Source of the DNA: the human T2T-CHM13v2.0 reference genome, Homo sapiens
Length of the DNA: 64,000 bases
Direction: 5' to 3' (one strand)
Assembly: GCF_009914755.1 (NCBI RefSeq)
Contig: NC_060942.1
Position 1 is the stretch's first letter; the number at the start of each line of letters is the position of its first letter. Of the stretch, positions 12,376 to 31,050 are shown one piece after another. A model generated the notes under the pieces. It did no database searches. It was given only the letters and a program-made list of their open reading frames with translations, and was not told the DNA's origin. Made by a program: the position numbers and the translations under genes.

Positions 12376-13700
12376 GAGGTGGAATTAGTGCAGAGGAAAG
12401 AATACCCTGGGGCCAGACTTGCCTAGGTGGGAATCCTCTGGCCTCATTTGTGCTATGTGGACTGGAAACGTCTCTTAATTCTCTCTTTCAGCCTCAGTTT
12501 CCTCAATAATAGGGATGATGGCTACCTTACAAATTTGACATGGGGATTAGAAAAATGTATGTGAAATAATTAGCACATTACCTAATAATAGACACAGTAT
12601 CAGCAAACTAGGGGTTATAGATTCTTTCTTAAAACTCGTTTTTTCAATTTGTATTTCCAGTTCTCTGTCAGGTATTGGGAATATGTGGATGAACAAGATA
12701 GACATTTCCCCAAGAAGCTGCTCTTCTAAATTTATAGGGGTTAAAGTTAAAGTAGAGTTTACCCACTGACTGAGAATGTTGTCATTCATTCGTTTCACAG
12801 ATACTTACTGAGTACCTGCTGTGTGCTAGGCATTGTTCTAAGTGTTAAGGAAATAGTGATGGACAGATAGGCAAGGCCCCTGCTCTTAGGGAGAAATTAT
12901 TTCATTGGAAGAAGACAGATAAATACAAGAATAAATAGTGATAAATGCTGAAGAAATTTAAATGGATGTGATTGACTGTGGCGCTGTTTGACTTAATAAT
13001 AAGAGATAAACTTCTCTTAGAAGGTAACATATAAATTGAGGTGAACGTCAGGAAGGAGCTAGCTAGGCAAAGATCTGGGAGAAGAATATTCTAGACCTGT
13101 GGTAGGGGTGGGCTTTGGGGGTATTACAAGAATAGAAAATCTAGTATGTGGTGAATGAGCCTGAGAGGGTGGGAGAGAGTGACAGGCCTCATAGAGTTTT
13201 CAGGAGAGGCATGGCACTTGATTCATAGTTAATGGTCTTTTTGCTTGCTTCTTGGATAATTAATTGTAGGGTGGCAAGAATAAAAACATGGAAAAGGGTG
13301 AGGAGGCTTTTCAGTAGGGTAAGGTGGTAGTAATGGAGATAGGAAGATATAGACTATTTCAGGGTGTGTTTGGAACATAGACATGTTTTGCCCTCAGGAA
13401 TGGACTACACCAGTAGATGTGTTTTGTTTGACAACAGTGTATTGAATTTAACTAGTTTTAGGTAAAGCCTGTAATTTCCAGCTGACCTCAGTCCTTATAA
13501 TTCTGTTTTCTAACAATAGTTGTTCCTGAAGACATTTGAGTTGAGATCCCTAGTGTGTAAGAAGTAAATTGCATGATGCAAAGTCTGAGGTCAGAATCCT
13601 GGGTAACCCTAACATATGAGGAGCAAATAAAGGAAGAGGATGTCAGATGAGTTGTGAAAGTATGGATTATGGAGTATTCTTCTGAGATGCCTGGCCATGA

Positions 13701-14098
<398 letters not shown>

Positions 14099-14249
14099 TC
14101 ATGGGAGGATTTTGAACATGTTTATGGAAATCAAGAAGAGAGAATAGTTGGAAATATCAAAGAGAAGAAAATGCTGGGGCATGATCTGAGAGCAGAGTGC
14201 TTATATGATGGTGATGAATTTGCTGTATATTGACATAATTTGAAAATTT

Positions 14250-15700
14250 TTATTCATTCATTCACTCAAGTTTATTGAGCGTCTCGTGCCAGCACTGTTC
14301 TAGCTGGGAATGCAGTGGCAAACCAAATGGGCAAAGTTCCTGCCCTCATAGAGCTTACATTCTAATGTGGGGAGAAAAAGAGATAACAAGTGAGTTACAT
14401 AGCATGCAGGTGGTGGTCAGTACTATAGAACAGAGAAAGCAGGGAAAGGAGGTTGGGAAGTGCCCTGTTCAAATCTGTAGGTTGAGGAGGCAAGGCCTGA
14501 CAGCTAAGTGAACATTTGCACAAAGAACTGAAAGAAGTGAAGGTACAAAATGTGTGAATAGCTGGAGCATCAGGGGCTGGGCAGAGGTCAGAGCTAGGGT
14601 GGAGGTCCTGGAGCGGAGCTGGCTTAGCATGTTTCAGGAACAGCAGGGAGGTTAGGATGACTGGAATGGAGTGAGCAAGGGAGAAGAGTAGAGGAGACGA
14701 AGTCACAGATTATCTGGGCCCTGGTTGGCCATCTTAAAGACTGCCTTTTACTCTGAATAAGATGGGGAACCAGTGGAGGGAGGGTTTGAGCTAAGGAGTG
14801 AGGACGTTTCAGTAATGTTATAGGGTGACTTTCGTGTGTGGAGAGTAGACTAGGGGAGGCAGAGAGGAGGCCTGGAGACCAAAGGCTATTGCAGTGAGTG
14901 TCCAGGCAGGAAGTGGTGGTGGCCTGACCAAGGTCATAGCAGGGTTGGGGGGTAGGTTGGGGGGATGCAGCAAGGTCCTGGGCAGGTTGTTAATGTATAA
15001 CTCTAGAGATTTGCATAGGGATTGCACGTGATGGGGTGTGAGAGGGATCTCAGAGATGACTACGGTTTTTGGCCTAAGCAGCTAGGTGTTGGAGTTGTCA
15101 TTTTCGCTGGTGGGGAAGGCTGAAGGGCAGGCATTTCTTGAGGGGATGGGAATTAATTGGAATCAAGATTCAAATGTAGGTGCTTGTTAGACATCTAAGT
15201 GGAAGTGTTGTGGAGGCGGTTGAATACCTGAGGTTCGGGGAAAGGCCCAAGATGGAGGTGTACATTTTACGTGATATTTTAAGCTTTGAAATTGAAGGCA
15301 ATCACCCAGAGAGGGTGAGTTGATGGAAGAAGTTGAAGATCAAGCCCTGGAGGCTTCCACTCTGTGGAGGTCTAGGAGATAAGGAGGAACTGGCCAAGGA
15401 GAAGGGAAAGCAGCAGCTTGGTGGAGTTGGAGGAGAACCAGACAGCTGTGTCTGAGAAATGAAGCCAAGAAAGTATTTCCCCAAGGAAGGAGTAATCACC
15501 TGAATGTTAGGCTACAGAAGAAGGACCGGAGGTAGATTATAGTATGCTACGGCTTGGCAACAGGGAGATCAGGGCTGATGCTGACAAGCATTTTTTTGGT
15601 GGTGTGGTGGGATGAAGGCCAGAGTGGGGTGCGTTCAGGAGAGGATGGGAGTGGAACTGGATGCCAGTCATGATTCCTCTGGAAGCCTGTGATAAAGGGA
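14250..15700 (-). mobile_element. L2 remnant
   Basis: Begins TTCATTCATTCACTC...TTTATTGAGC (L2 3' end, antisense), followed by a purine-rich L2-like body. Confidence 0.7.
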
Positions 15701-15942
15701 GCATGGATAGGTGTGGTGGCAGTTCAGGGGGATAATGGGGGTGTGAGGTAGAGGAAGGCTTTTTTTAAAAGGTGGGAGAAATAACAGCATGCCCAGCGTG
15801 GGAGGGCTTGCACAGACAGAAGACTCGATCATGTTATGGAAGGGGGCCGATTGGTAGAGTGGTTGTCAGTGCAGTGAGGGGTTGGGATCGAGTGCAAAGT
15901 GAAGAGGTGGGCTTCAGACAGGGGCATGGACACTTCATAAAC

Positions 15943-16448
15943 TGTTGTGGGATAATTTAGGAATCAGACCGAGGGGTTGAGGAGGATATATTATTTAGGT
16001 GCACCGGCCCAGTCGGATTAACATCCAAAAAGTCTGAGCCCTGAACAAGTCTGAGCCCTGAACAAAGAGTTAAGTTACCTTTTAAGGATTTCGTGGGGCG
16101 GCAGGGGGGAATCTGTGCAGGAGGAAGCATATTACAGAAGCAAGAAACAAAGACAATTATTCAATTAATTGAGACATGCATTATATCATTTCTTACTTTC
16201 CAAGGAAAAAATGTGTTTTATGGCTTGAGTTTATCTGTCTAGTGACCTTGCAGCTGCACAGCTAGAGAAACAGGGTCTTCACAATGCCTGGGAAAGGAGG
16301 AGAGATAAGGCTTACTAGCCACAGAAAAACAGGCAGATAATTTTTAAAGGGCTCCAGCTCTTTCTCTTTCTCAGGGGGAATTGGGTTTTCTTACATAGAA
16401 CTGAGTTTCTGCTTACACATTCTTTAATTTCTTTTAACTCCTATTCCA
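15943..16448 (-). mobile_element. ERV1-class solo LTR (LTR15-like)
   Basis: TG...CA termini and 4-bp TSD AAAC (15939-15942 / 16449-16452); reverse strand starts TGGAATAGGAGTTAAAAGAAATTAAAGAATGTGTAAGC. Subfamily name is from memory. Confidence 0.8.
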
Positions 16449-16460
16449 AAACAAGTAAGT

Positions 16461-16759
16461 TCTTCTTATTTTTGGGGGGGATAGAGTCTCGCTCCATCAC
16501 CCAGGCTGAAGTACAGGGGCGCAATCTCGGCTCACTGCAACCTCCACCTCGCAGATTTAGGTGATTCTCCTGCCTTAGCCTCCCAAATAGCTGGGATTAC
16601 AGGTGCCCGCCATGACGCCCAGCTAGTTTTTGTATTTTTAGTAGAGACGAGGTTTTACCACGTTGGCCAGGCTGGTCTTGAACTCCTGAACTCAAGTGAT
16701 TCGCCTGCCTCAGCCTCCCAAAATGCTGGGATTACAGACATGAGCCATCGCACCTGGCC
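16461..16759 (-). mobile_element. Alu (AluS-like)
   Basis: Antisense dimeric Alu. Confidence 0.9.
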
Positions 16760-17119
16760 TCATAATCTCTTTAGTGGTCATAAAACTTCTTCTTTTTCTT
16801 TTTATATTTTATAATTAGTCCATACTGTCTAAAATCTATGCTTTAATCCAATTTGTCATTGATCCTAGTATACTCCTTTATTACTGAAGTAGCTCTTTGA
16901 ATAGTCTTCCAGGTTTTTAAGTCCTCTCCCTTCCTGTATAATAGGTTGATTGTGTCAGTTCTTTGTTGGTTGCAGAGTACAGTTCAAACTTTCCAACACA
17001 CCGTTTCAGACTTTTAGAATCTGGCTCCATTCTGTTATTCTAGCTTCGTTTACTGTGTTATTTTGTTCACCTGCTGCCAAAATGCATTGGAGTATTTGCT
17101 ACTGCCAGCATAGACCTAG

Positions 17120-17290
17120 CACTTAGAGTGGATTTTCGAGTCAGACCTGGGTTTGAATCTTACTAATTGCAACCTTGGGAAAATTGAGCTAATTTAGTCT
17201 CTCAGTTTGTTTCTTCACCTGTAAAATGGGATAATACCTACATTGTAAGATTTTCTGTGGATTCAGTGAGCTAAGTTAGTAGATATGCAA
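17120..17290. mobile_element. MIR fragment
   Basis: GAGTCAGACCTGGGTTTGAATC...TCACCTGTAAAATGGGATAATA. Confidence 0.72.
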
Positions 17291-18159
17291 TAAAATTTAA
17301 TTCTTTTCCTTCTTGGCTCATGTTTATCATCCTAAATAAACTCTCTCATCCCATACTCTGCCTATAAAAGTTCTTCTCAGTCTTCAAGGCGCATTGCCAA
17401 TATCCTCTCATTTTTTTTAGCTTTTCCTGATTATTTATCTTTTTATCCTTCTGCCATTATTTCCTTTACTGATTTCCATGCAGTGTGTATATGATACGTA
17501 CTCTGAAAAATTGTTGAGACTAGCTAACATCTTCAGAGCACCGTGGTCAGGTTCTCTAGTAATAGCATAGGTTTTGTGCTGGTGTTTTCCAGATTTAGTC
17601 ATTTGGGTACCCCTTTTACCACTTTTACCTTGTCCATGTGCCAACTATACTTTAACTGAAAATTGTTCTTTGAATGGGTTCACTTTTTAATTCAGTCTTA
17701 ACAACACTGAGATCCGGGCTAGATTTTTGCTGGTTGTACTTTTTCTGTTCCGTATTAGAATGAGTATGTAACTACCAAACTTTTAAATATGTCCTAAAAT
17801 CATTTGTATATACCATCAGTGTTATGCCATCTTTGCTTTCTTTACTAGATAAGTTTGTAGTAATTCATTTTCCTAGCTACACCAAGCAAAGGGCAAATTA
17901 AAATGTGTTGTATTGCATTATTATGTTAATTATAAGAAGGTAAGTTTAATGTTTAAGGTTTCTATTCTCATCTATAAAGTAGCAAAGTATTCTGAGATTT
18001 ATTTTACCTCAGACTATTTGCCTATTTCCCCCTTACTAATGCTAAAAAAAGGATTTTTTTCCTAAGATTTATTAGTTTTCTAAGACAATGCTTTTAATCA
18101 TTTAAAAACATTTTATAGTAATATGTGACCTATAGAAATACTTTTGTTATTGCAGTGAG

Positions 18160-18323
18160 ATGGAAGATTTTCGAGGTATAGCAGAAGAATCATTTCCAAG
18201 CTTTCTCACCAATTCATTATTTGGTAACAGTGGGATTTTGGAAAATGTCACTCTTTCTTCAAATCTTGGCTTGCCTGTTGCTGTTTCTACACTTGCTAGG
18301 GATAGATCCAGCACTGATAACAG
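18160..18323 (+). CDS. CEP192: CEP192 exon 2 coding part (exon starts 18156): MEDFRGIAEESFPSFLTNSL...AVSTLARDRSSTDNR
   Basis: ttattgcag|TGAG ATG and CAG|gtaaga; matches the recalled CEP192 N-terminus including the S43-T44 PLK1 docking motif. Confidence 0.95.
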
Positions 18324-18823
18324 GTAAGATTTGTTTGAGCAGATTTTTTTCCAGGTCCATAAAGCCTATAGCATGCTGATATTTATGTTCTGTTTCTCAG
18401 TCAAGCTTGAGCTTTTTGTTTTATCTATGAGGGGGATGGCCAAATATGTGAAATGAATATAGAAAAGACAGAATTTACTGTCTTTTTCCCCATTGCTTTG
18501 CCTTTTCAGTGGGTAGGTTTGGGTGGGTTTGGGATTTGAGCACCAGTTACCTATTTCGGTCTATTTTTTTTTTTTTTTTTTGTCTATAGTGTTTTGGATT
18601 TGTATTAGTTCAGTCACACTAATGGCTAGTAATGTAAAACAAGTTGTGTTAGCGAAGTTCAAAGGCAAATTAATCATAAGGTTATAGGAGTACCTCTTGA
18701 CATCAAGGGGAGGAGTGCAGAGCTTTGCTGCAAGAAGGGACAGGAATTGAGATTTAGGAAGCCATCAGGACTTGGGTTTTTGTCATCCCACTCTATTTCT
18801 CTCTGTATAACTCATTGTCTTCT

Positions 18824-18825
<2 letters not shown>

Positions 18826-18857
<32 letters not shown>

Positions 18858-18995
18858 AATTAAAAAAATATTTTATAGAGATAGGGTCTTGCTGTGTTAG
18901 CTAGGCTATTCTTGAACTCTTGGGCTCAAGTGATCCTCCTGCCTCAACTTCCCAAAGTGTTGGTATTACACAGGTGTGAGCTACCATACCTGGCC
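18826..18995 (-). mobile_element. Alu monomer (FLAM-like) with adjacent poly-T
   Basis: Antisense left-arm Alu sequence. Confidence 0.75.
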
Positions 18996-19404
18996 TCTGC
19001 TCTTTTTTAATACACTGGTTTTATTTGCTTTTCTGTTCATTTTACAGAATATGGCAACACAGATTCTCAAAAGACATCTATGAATTACATTTCTAGCTAC
19101 ACAAGGAGACTACTGAACTGTCTCTTGATATCTCATGAGTTTCTGGTCCATCTTAGGTTAGGTGTCTGTTCCAAATACAGTCACCTGTGACTAGAGTTTT
19201 GGGTCATTGGATCTATTTAGAGGTATGACAGAGCCTCACTTTTTAATTCATTTCAGCCAGGTTTACTCTTTACTGGACTTGTATGGCTGTCTTTCTCTTT
19301 CTCTTCCAGCTTTCAATCTGTCCTAGGTTTCTGAGGTAACTTGGCTCTTGTCATTCTAGTAACTTTCAGCTCCTGAAGTCAAGTTTCTCTTTCTTAGAAA
19401 CTCA

Positions 19405-19717
<313 letters not shown>

Positions 19718-20192
19718 TTATTTTCTTTACTTTTAAAATTTCTGTTTTATTACCAGATTGATGTTTGGTTAAATACACCTTGTTTTGTATCTTCAACTGG
19801 ATTGTGTATAGTTTACACATCCATTACATGTAGGGTCTTGCATAATATATAAAGTTTGCCTATGCTTAAACTGGCCACTTTCTTGTCTTTTCTCAACCTA
19901 AACATTTAGTGAGGAGCACCATCTTGACCTTTGGGCTGAAGGGGTTGTATTAACACTCTCAGCTCTTTTAGCTTTAAGATTTTTGTGACTGTATTGTTGA
20001 ATACAGATAAACTCCCTATTGCCAAGCCACAGGTTTCCGTGCTTTGCACAGAGGATGATGGTTTGAAATACAGGGGCCCTATTTGTTTTTACCCCGGTGG
20101 TTGGTTTTACTGTCACGCAGCCCTATGTCATGATGACATTTAAATATGTGTAATTTAATTCTTAACAATTAAAACAAATTTTTTTTGTATAG

Positions 20193-20318
20193 GTATCCTG
20201 ATATCCAGGCATCTTACTTAGTAGAAGGGAGATTTTCAGTTCCATCCGGGTCATCTCCCGGAAGCCAGAGTGATGCTGAACCAAGAGAGAGGTTACAGCT
20301 TAGCTTCCAGGATGATGA
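20193..20318 (+). CDS. CEP192: CEP192 exon 3 (YPDIQASYLVEGRFSVPSGSSPGSQSDAEPRERLQLSFQDD)
   Basis: ttttgtatag| acceptor and TGA|gtaagt donor; 126 nt, phase 2/2. Confidence 0.93.
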
Positions 20319-20444
20319 GTAAGTTCATACCTTCATTTGCTTGTACTGTGTTAAAAGTGGGTCTTACGCAGTCTTGTGGAAAATGACAATGTGATTGTGT
20401 ATGTAATTAATTCTGATTAATTCTAAGAATCTTGAAGAGTTTTC

Positions 20445-20752
20445 TTTTATTTTGAGGCGGAGTTTCACTCACTCCATTGCCCAGGCTATAGTGCAATGGT
20501 GTGATCTCAGCTCACTGCAACCTCTGCCTCCCTGGTTCAAGTGATTCTCCTGCCTCAGCCTCCTGAGTAGCTGGGATTACAGGCAGGTGCCACCAAGCCC
20601 AGCTAATTGTTTTTGTATTTTTAGTAGAGATGGGGTTTCACCACATTGGCCAGGCTGGTCTCAAACTCCTGACCTCAAGTGAACCGCCCCACCCGCGTTG
20701 GCCTCCCAAAGTGCTGGGATTAGAATTGTAGGCGTGAGCCACCGCGCCCGGC
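20445..20752 (-). mobile_element. Alu (AluS-like)
   Basis: Antisense dimeric Alu; TSD AAGAGTTTTCTTT. Confidence 0.92.
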
Positions 20753-21640
20753 CAAGAGTTTTCTTTATGCATTTTAATCACGTTTAGTCTTTCAAAACAT
20801 TTTTTTTTAGATTCTAAAAGTAACGTGCTTTTGAAAAAATAGAGAATATAGAAAATTATTTGGAAGACAGTAAAGGCCTGTAATCCCACTAACTAGAGAA
20901 CAGCCATTGAGTACATTTTTATTTGTAGTCTTCCATACTATTTTGTATGTGCATTTATGCCTTTAAATCTTCTTTTTACTTCTAATATGAGGCTATAGAA
21001 AAAGAAAAATGAAAATAAATTTTTTTTTTTACAAAATAAGATTAAGCTCTTATTCTATTACACAAAAAATTAGATGCAGTATTATGTTCAGTTTTCAATT
21101 ACAATTAATATGAATCTGTGTCATAATGTTAATGACTATACTCAGGTCTGTGTTGGTCATTTAGATTATTGCAGTTTTGCTATTATAAAGGTAATGAACT
21201 TCCCTACATGTACATTTATATATACATTTTTCGCACCTAGGATATTATTAAGATTTCTAGGGTTTAAATTGCTGAGGTAAAAATAGTTTATTTTAAAGAC
21301 CATTACAAATTAACACATTGCTCTTTAGAAAACTTGTACCAGTTTATTCTGAATGCCGACTTCTCCCAGCCCTGCCCAGCATTTGATGGTGCTATTTTTA
21401 ATCTTTGATTTTTACAGGTAAAAATAATTTATATAATACATATGTATATATGCATGAAAGAAAGTCTGGAAGTCTAAAAAACCAAAATGGGAATGGTGGT
21501 ATTATAGACAATCTTGTTTTCTGTGTTTAAATTTGTATTTGCGTATTTATGGGATTGAACCTACTTTAATGTCTATTCATTACTTATATTTATGTTGTGA
21601 ATTGCCTCTTGATAGCCTTTATATATAAGTGCTTTCTTTA

Positions 21641-22243
<603 letters not shown>

Positions 22244-25042
22244 CTATGTGGACGCCAGGGGGAAGCAGACTTCAGGCCAAAGGTGCGGCCAGCCTGAAGG
22301 AACTAAGGCAGGAGAGTAGCCCATGTGGTTCACAGAGCACCAGGGAGGCTGGGGAGGTGGTGAGCAGGACCTTGACTCTGACTCAGAGATACGGGAAGCC
22401 ACTAGAGGGCTCCATCTGAATTGTGTTTTAAAAGTCCCACCCTGAGAATCACTTGAGCCCAGGAGATCCAGGCTGCAGTGTGCCGTAATTGCACCACTGC
22501 ACTCTAGTCTGGGTGACAGAGTGAGACCCTATCTCAAAAAAAGGCCCACTCTCGCGGTTATGTGGAAAAGAGACTGTAGGAGGCGAGAGTGGGAGCAGCA
22601 TGGGCACATTGTCTGGGAGTGAGGCAGATGGAAGAGAGCGAACAGGCGTGGTCCTCAGGATGCTTCACAGTGAGAAGCTGGGGACAGGAGGAATCAACAG
22701 CGAGATTAAGAGTTAGTGATCAGAGGAAGGAGAAAACAAGCATCCTGGAAGCCATGTCAAGAGCATGTATAAAAGAAGAGTTACCTAACTATGTCAAATA
22801 AAATGAGGGCAAAGAATTGACCCTTGGAATTAGCATAGATTAGGTCATTGGTAACCCCAATAAGTAGTTTGGTGTAAGTAGGGACAGGCACCATGGCCTA
22901 CTCAGAATGAGTTTCAGAGAGAACAGGAGTTACTGTTTGAGGCAGTAGACAGCTTGTGGAGTTTTGCTGTGAAAGGGAGCAGAGAAACGAGGTTATGACA
23001 GCTGGATGGTTGTAGTGGGTGAAGAGAAGTTTCACTTTTTTTTTTTGTGGTGGGAGAAGTTGCTGCATGTTTGCGTGATAATAGGAATAATCTCCTGGAA
23101 AGGGTAAAACTTGCTGATGTAGAAAGGGAAGAGAATTGCTGCAGCAACGTCTGTGTCAGTAAGAGAGGGTAGGCCACAATGTGCAGTGCGGGGAGTGGCT
23201 TTAGCTGGGTAGGACTGCGGACAGTTCCCCTGCGGGAACAGGTGGGAGGACGGCCTGGGTGGGTGCATGTAGTGGTAAGAATCTGTGGAAGTTACCTTTT
23301 CAGTGCTTCAGGCTGAAAGTAGGGTTAGTGAAGTAGGAAGCATAGTCATCAAGTCAGCGTGAGGGTGGAGGAGGAGGAGTTGGTGGTTTAAAAAAAGGAT
23401 GTAAAATTATCACATGGGACCACAGGAAAATGAATGGACAGAGTTGAAATGTTAGGATTCCTGGACAACATCAAGGGCCCAACTTGAGGGCCGTGGGCGT
23501 GACTGTTGAGGGTGATTGTGATGTTTCCCCAGCCACATTGAGCTGTAGGAGTGCAGGTGAAGAGGAGGCAGAGAATTGGATTTAACCAGGGTTGTAGTTT
23601 ATAAAGGGAGTGAGGGACAAGGTTGCTGAGGATGTAAGATTGGCCATGTAAGATTGGCTTTAGGTTAAGGAGGAGGAGAGGGTATGGACAGGGGCAGGGA
23701 GAGTGATGTGGTGGTACAGATGGGTTGGAGGTGCAGGTGGGGTTAGCATCATATAGTTGTGGTACTAGAGGCAAGAGGGGTAGTAGGTGATTCAAAGCTG
23801 TGAGGCTCTAGGGAGAGCGACCTGGAAGTGGCACTGAGGGCAAGAAGGGCGTATATATTCCATCTCCACACCAGGTGATGATGCCACGGCTGTGGGAGAG
23901 ATGAGGGTCCCCACTTGTCAGAGCTTGGGGGTAGCAATGTCCTCACAGGCTATTCAGGCTTTCATTAAAGTAGTAAGGTGAAAGGAATGTTCAGAGAAGA
24001 GATTCAGGAATGGCAGATCTTGTCAACCCAGCTCTGTAAATTATAGAAGGCACAGTAGAAGGGTTTTGTTTGTTGGGGAGTAGAAGGGCTGTGCAGTCTT
24101 AAGGGGCTTGGAGTGCCAGCAGTGAGGCATCCTGGGCTGCTTTTAGGAGCTGAAAATCAGTAAAGGGCATTGTGAAGTTAGTCCGACTCACCTGTTGCTG
24201 TGAGGAAACTGCAAATGTCAGGGATGGGAGGGCATCTTGAGGGTATCCTCTTGACTCTTGCTGGAGGCCAGGAGCTCTGGAAACTGGTCTTGTTGGTCCT
24301 TGTTGATGGAAGACAGGAGGCCTGGGGAGGTGGAGTCTTAGACTCAGTGCCTGGGGAGAGGTAAGTGCTTAGAGCTAGCTCTTGACTCTTGAATAGTCTG
24401 AAGCCCTGAGTTGCTGGTCTGAGTATAGGGCTTCCTTGGACACTATACTGGAGGGTCAGCAGCCTGGAGAGGCATGGCCTCAGTCTCCTGGTGAGGGATG
24501 GCTTCTTTGACCCCTTCTTGGGGAGGAGGGAATTTGTGTTTCAAAATGTCTTTATTCTAATCTTGGAATAAATTAATACTTTAGCTGAGTACAGAATTTT
24601 AGGATGAAAATAAATTTTCACACAATTTTGAAGATATTGCTACATTGTACATGAAGTCTGGTATAATCTTGATAGTTGGTTTTTTATCTGAACTATGTTT
24701 TCTCTCTGGAAATTTTAGAATCCCGTCTGAGTCCCTTGTGGGTGGGGCTATTTTCCCCCATTCACTGAATTCTAATTGGCATTGGTTTGGAGATCAGTTC
24801 TGGATAATTATGGTTTTTCTTCTAGTTTTTCCTTTTCTTTTTCCAGAACTACTGTTTTGGATTGCCTGGGTTGTTCTATATCTACTTTTTTTTTCCTTTT
24901 TTTCTGTTTTAGTGCAAAAAGACATCGTTCTAGGTAAGTTTCTTTTTTTCTCATGCTCATTAAATCATTTGGCAATCATAATTTTAATCATGAGAGCTCT
25001 TTTTTTGACCTTTTTTTTTAATGGGCCCTTTTTGTGGATGTA

Positions 25043-25248
25043 CACTTGACCCTTGAACAACCCGAGTTTGGACTGTGTGGTTCCACTTATAAGCAGATTT
25101 CTTTCAACCAAACGTGGATGGAAAATACAGTATTCATGGATGTGAAACCCGAGTGTAGTCAGTGCTAACTGTAGGACTTGAATATTGCATATTTTGGTAC
25201 ATGCAGGGGTCCCGGAACCAGTCCCCCATGTATACTGAGGGTTGACTG
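25043..25248. mobile_element. MER8-like (TcMar-Tigger) MITE
   Basis: CACTTGACCCTTGAACAAC...GAGGGTTGACTG imperfect TIRs flanked by TA on both sides. Confidence 0.75.
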
Positions 25249-27157
25249 TAACAGCTACATGGATACTTCTGAAGATTCTGATTAGAAATTTTGAAAGTTC
25301 TGTAAACTGTTCCTTTTCTCCGGGGCTGCTTGCATAGTTTGTTCATTTTTATTTTTGTCTCTTGAACTGCTCCTTTTTTTCTTGTCTGATTTGTGGCTGT
25401 CTTCTAGGCTGCCTAGTGTGGGCATCCTTATCTGTTGTGTATGTAGCTCTTATTTCTCATTGGCTTCCACACAAGAGGGACGTTGTTCCTGGCCATTTAC
25501 TGTAGAGTGTGCAGGTTGGAGTCTTCAATTTTATGCCAGATGTTTAATGCTTTCTTCTGGGCCGCTGTAACTGCCATCGCTTCGTTCTCCACAGGCATTT
25601 TCTGTGCCTTGATTGCAGGCAAGCCCTTCCCTCCCCGTTGTCAGGTGTTCACTGTCGTGTGTGCATGGCTGTTGTCTCTGGAGTGGGAAAGAAGGGTGGG
25701 TGCTCCTGCCATGCTTCATGCCGGGCTTTCCGTCCCCACTCTCCTGCCCTCCCCGACTCCCTTCTGCCCTCTTTCTGACTGTAGTCAAGGAACATTTTTG
25801 TGTTTCTCCCTGGCAGATTTGTTTCCTTTTCTGCTTCCGGGCCCTTCTGTTCTTGGATTGTGGCTTTCTCTCCCCCTGCACACCCCATCTGCTTTTCAGA
25901 TTCCAGAATCTGGGGTAAGCGTGGGTTAGGACTGGTAGTTCTTACCCAGATTGCTTCACTTTTATAGATTTCCTTACTGTCATTTTATTGGACACTTGGA
26001 AGTTGCTCTTGCCTCTTTAACTTGAAACTTATGACTTAGTTTGAAAATTTTTTTTGAGCTAATAAAAATATGGGATAGCTGTCGTTTTGAGGAAGTAGCA
26101 TTTTTAGAGAGATGGTGGTGAATGTCGAGTGCCCTGCTCTCAACTGTCCCTGTCACTCTAAAGTTCTGGTGGTCATACTACATGCTTTTCTCAGGGAGGG
26201 CTTTAAACATGGAAATTGACCTAACTGTCCTGACTTGTTTATTTATTTCCTGTCACCATCTTGCTCCCCCACCTCTTTTCCTTTCTGTCCTTGCTACCTC
26301 TTGACTTTGTAACTATGTATAGTCTTTCCACCTATGCCTTTCCTTTCCTGTACTCAATGAAATTTTCCTGTACCTACCCATGAGTGCACCTTTGGCTTAA
26401 GCTAGTGACTTTTTATGTACTACAGCCCCAGTAAAGAGATGGAGAAACTGGGAAGTAAATTGTAGTTAGGGTTGGAGAGTTGCCTCAGGCATGAAAGGTT
26501 GGGATTTGAGAAATATGGAAGGACTTTTAAAAAAAAATCCATCCTGGCCAAATTTGAGTCTGGCTCTAGGTATCAGTTTGTCATGTAATGAATTTGTTGC
26601 ATTTAGAGGCTTTTTCCTGAAGTTCCGTTCCCACCCCTCTCTTTCTGTGGTGAGCTGCTCTAGACCCAAGAGCTTTTGGAGTAGGGTGGGAGGAACATTG
26701 CCTGTAAGAAAAATACTTTCATCCACACAGAAAACAGCAGAGGTAGAAAGAAAGATAAGGACAAGAACTAGGACTAGGGATAAAAGTAAAAACGATTGAA
26801 ACCTTTATTAATTCAGAGATTTGGCTATTTTGGCAAATATGCCAATATCCTTTAAGTCTGCAGATTTTAGAAAGCTGAATTATGTAGATTGGTAGTTTCA
26901 AGGATACTTATTTTGGAAGTAAAAAAACCACTTTTTGCTGCTTGAAAGAGTAGCAGTATGACGTTCTTTGATTTTGGTAGACTGTATCACTGGACCCAAA
27001 ATGTTGGTTCAGTCCCCAGAATACAGTGCAGTGTTAGCAGTTGTAGTTTTCTGGCTAGACTCAAATGTTTCTTTTTATTGCTTCCATTTTTTCTTTTTAA
27101 GAGGTAAAATACATAACTGATTAATAAATATTTTGTAGATTTACCCAAGGTAACTAA

Positions 27158-27893
<736 letters not shown>

Positions 27894-28180
27894 TCGATGT
27901 ATTCATCTTGTACTATCATACCATGAACTGAAAATGCTTTGGTTTGCATTGTACCTATTAATATCATATTTACAGTACTTTTATAGGAAAGGTCTCCTCT
28001 TAACCTTGTTGACTCATTTAAGCTGAAATTCTCTTTGCTTTGGAAACCATGCTGTCGGATGGCCACAGCATACTTTATATTCAAGACAAGCCTATTTTTA
28101 GTGCATCTTCCACTTTTCTCCCACTAATTAATTTATATTCTTATCGAGAGTCAATTTTGTTTCTAAGCCTATTTTTTTTA

Positions 28181-28902
<722 letters not shown>

Positions 28903-29214
28903 ATAGGGAAAGTTGTTTAAAAAAATCATAGGCTTCTGCTGTCTGATTCCTCTTAAGTACTCCACATTCACTTTCTTTTATCAAAGAAATCAAAGCTGGA
29001 AATTGAAAAGTACATTCTATGCACTTATATAGTGTGGTATTCTGTAACTCCAAACTAGTTCAGTACTCAAAAGGACTTGCCTGATTATATGTTGTAAGAT
29101 TGATGAATGAGTACACATTATATGTTAGAAAAATTTTAAGGGAGGTTTGTATTTCTCTTGATGAAAAATGTTATATATATGAAAGAAAAGAGTGGTATTA
29201 TCACTCAAATAAGC

Positions 29215-31050
<1,836 letters not shown>

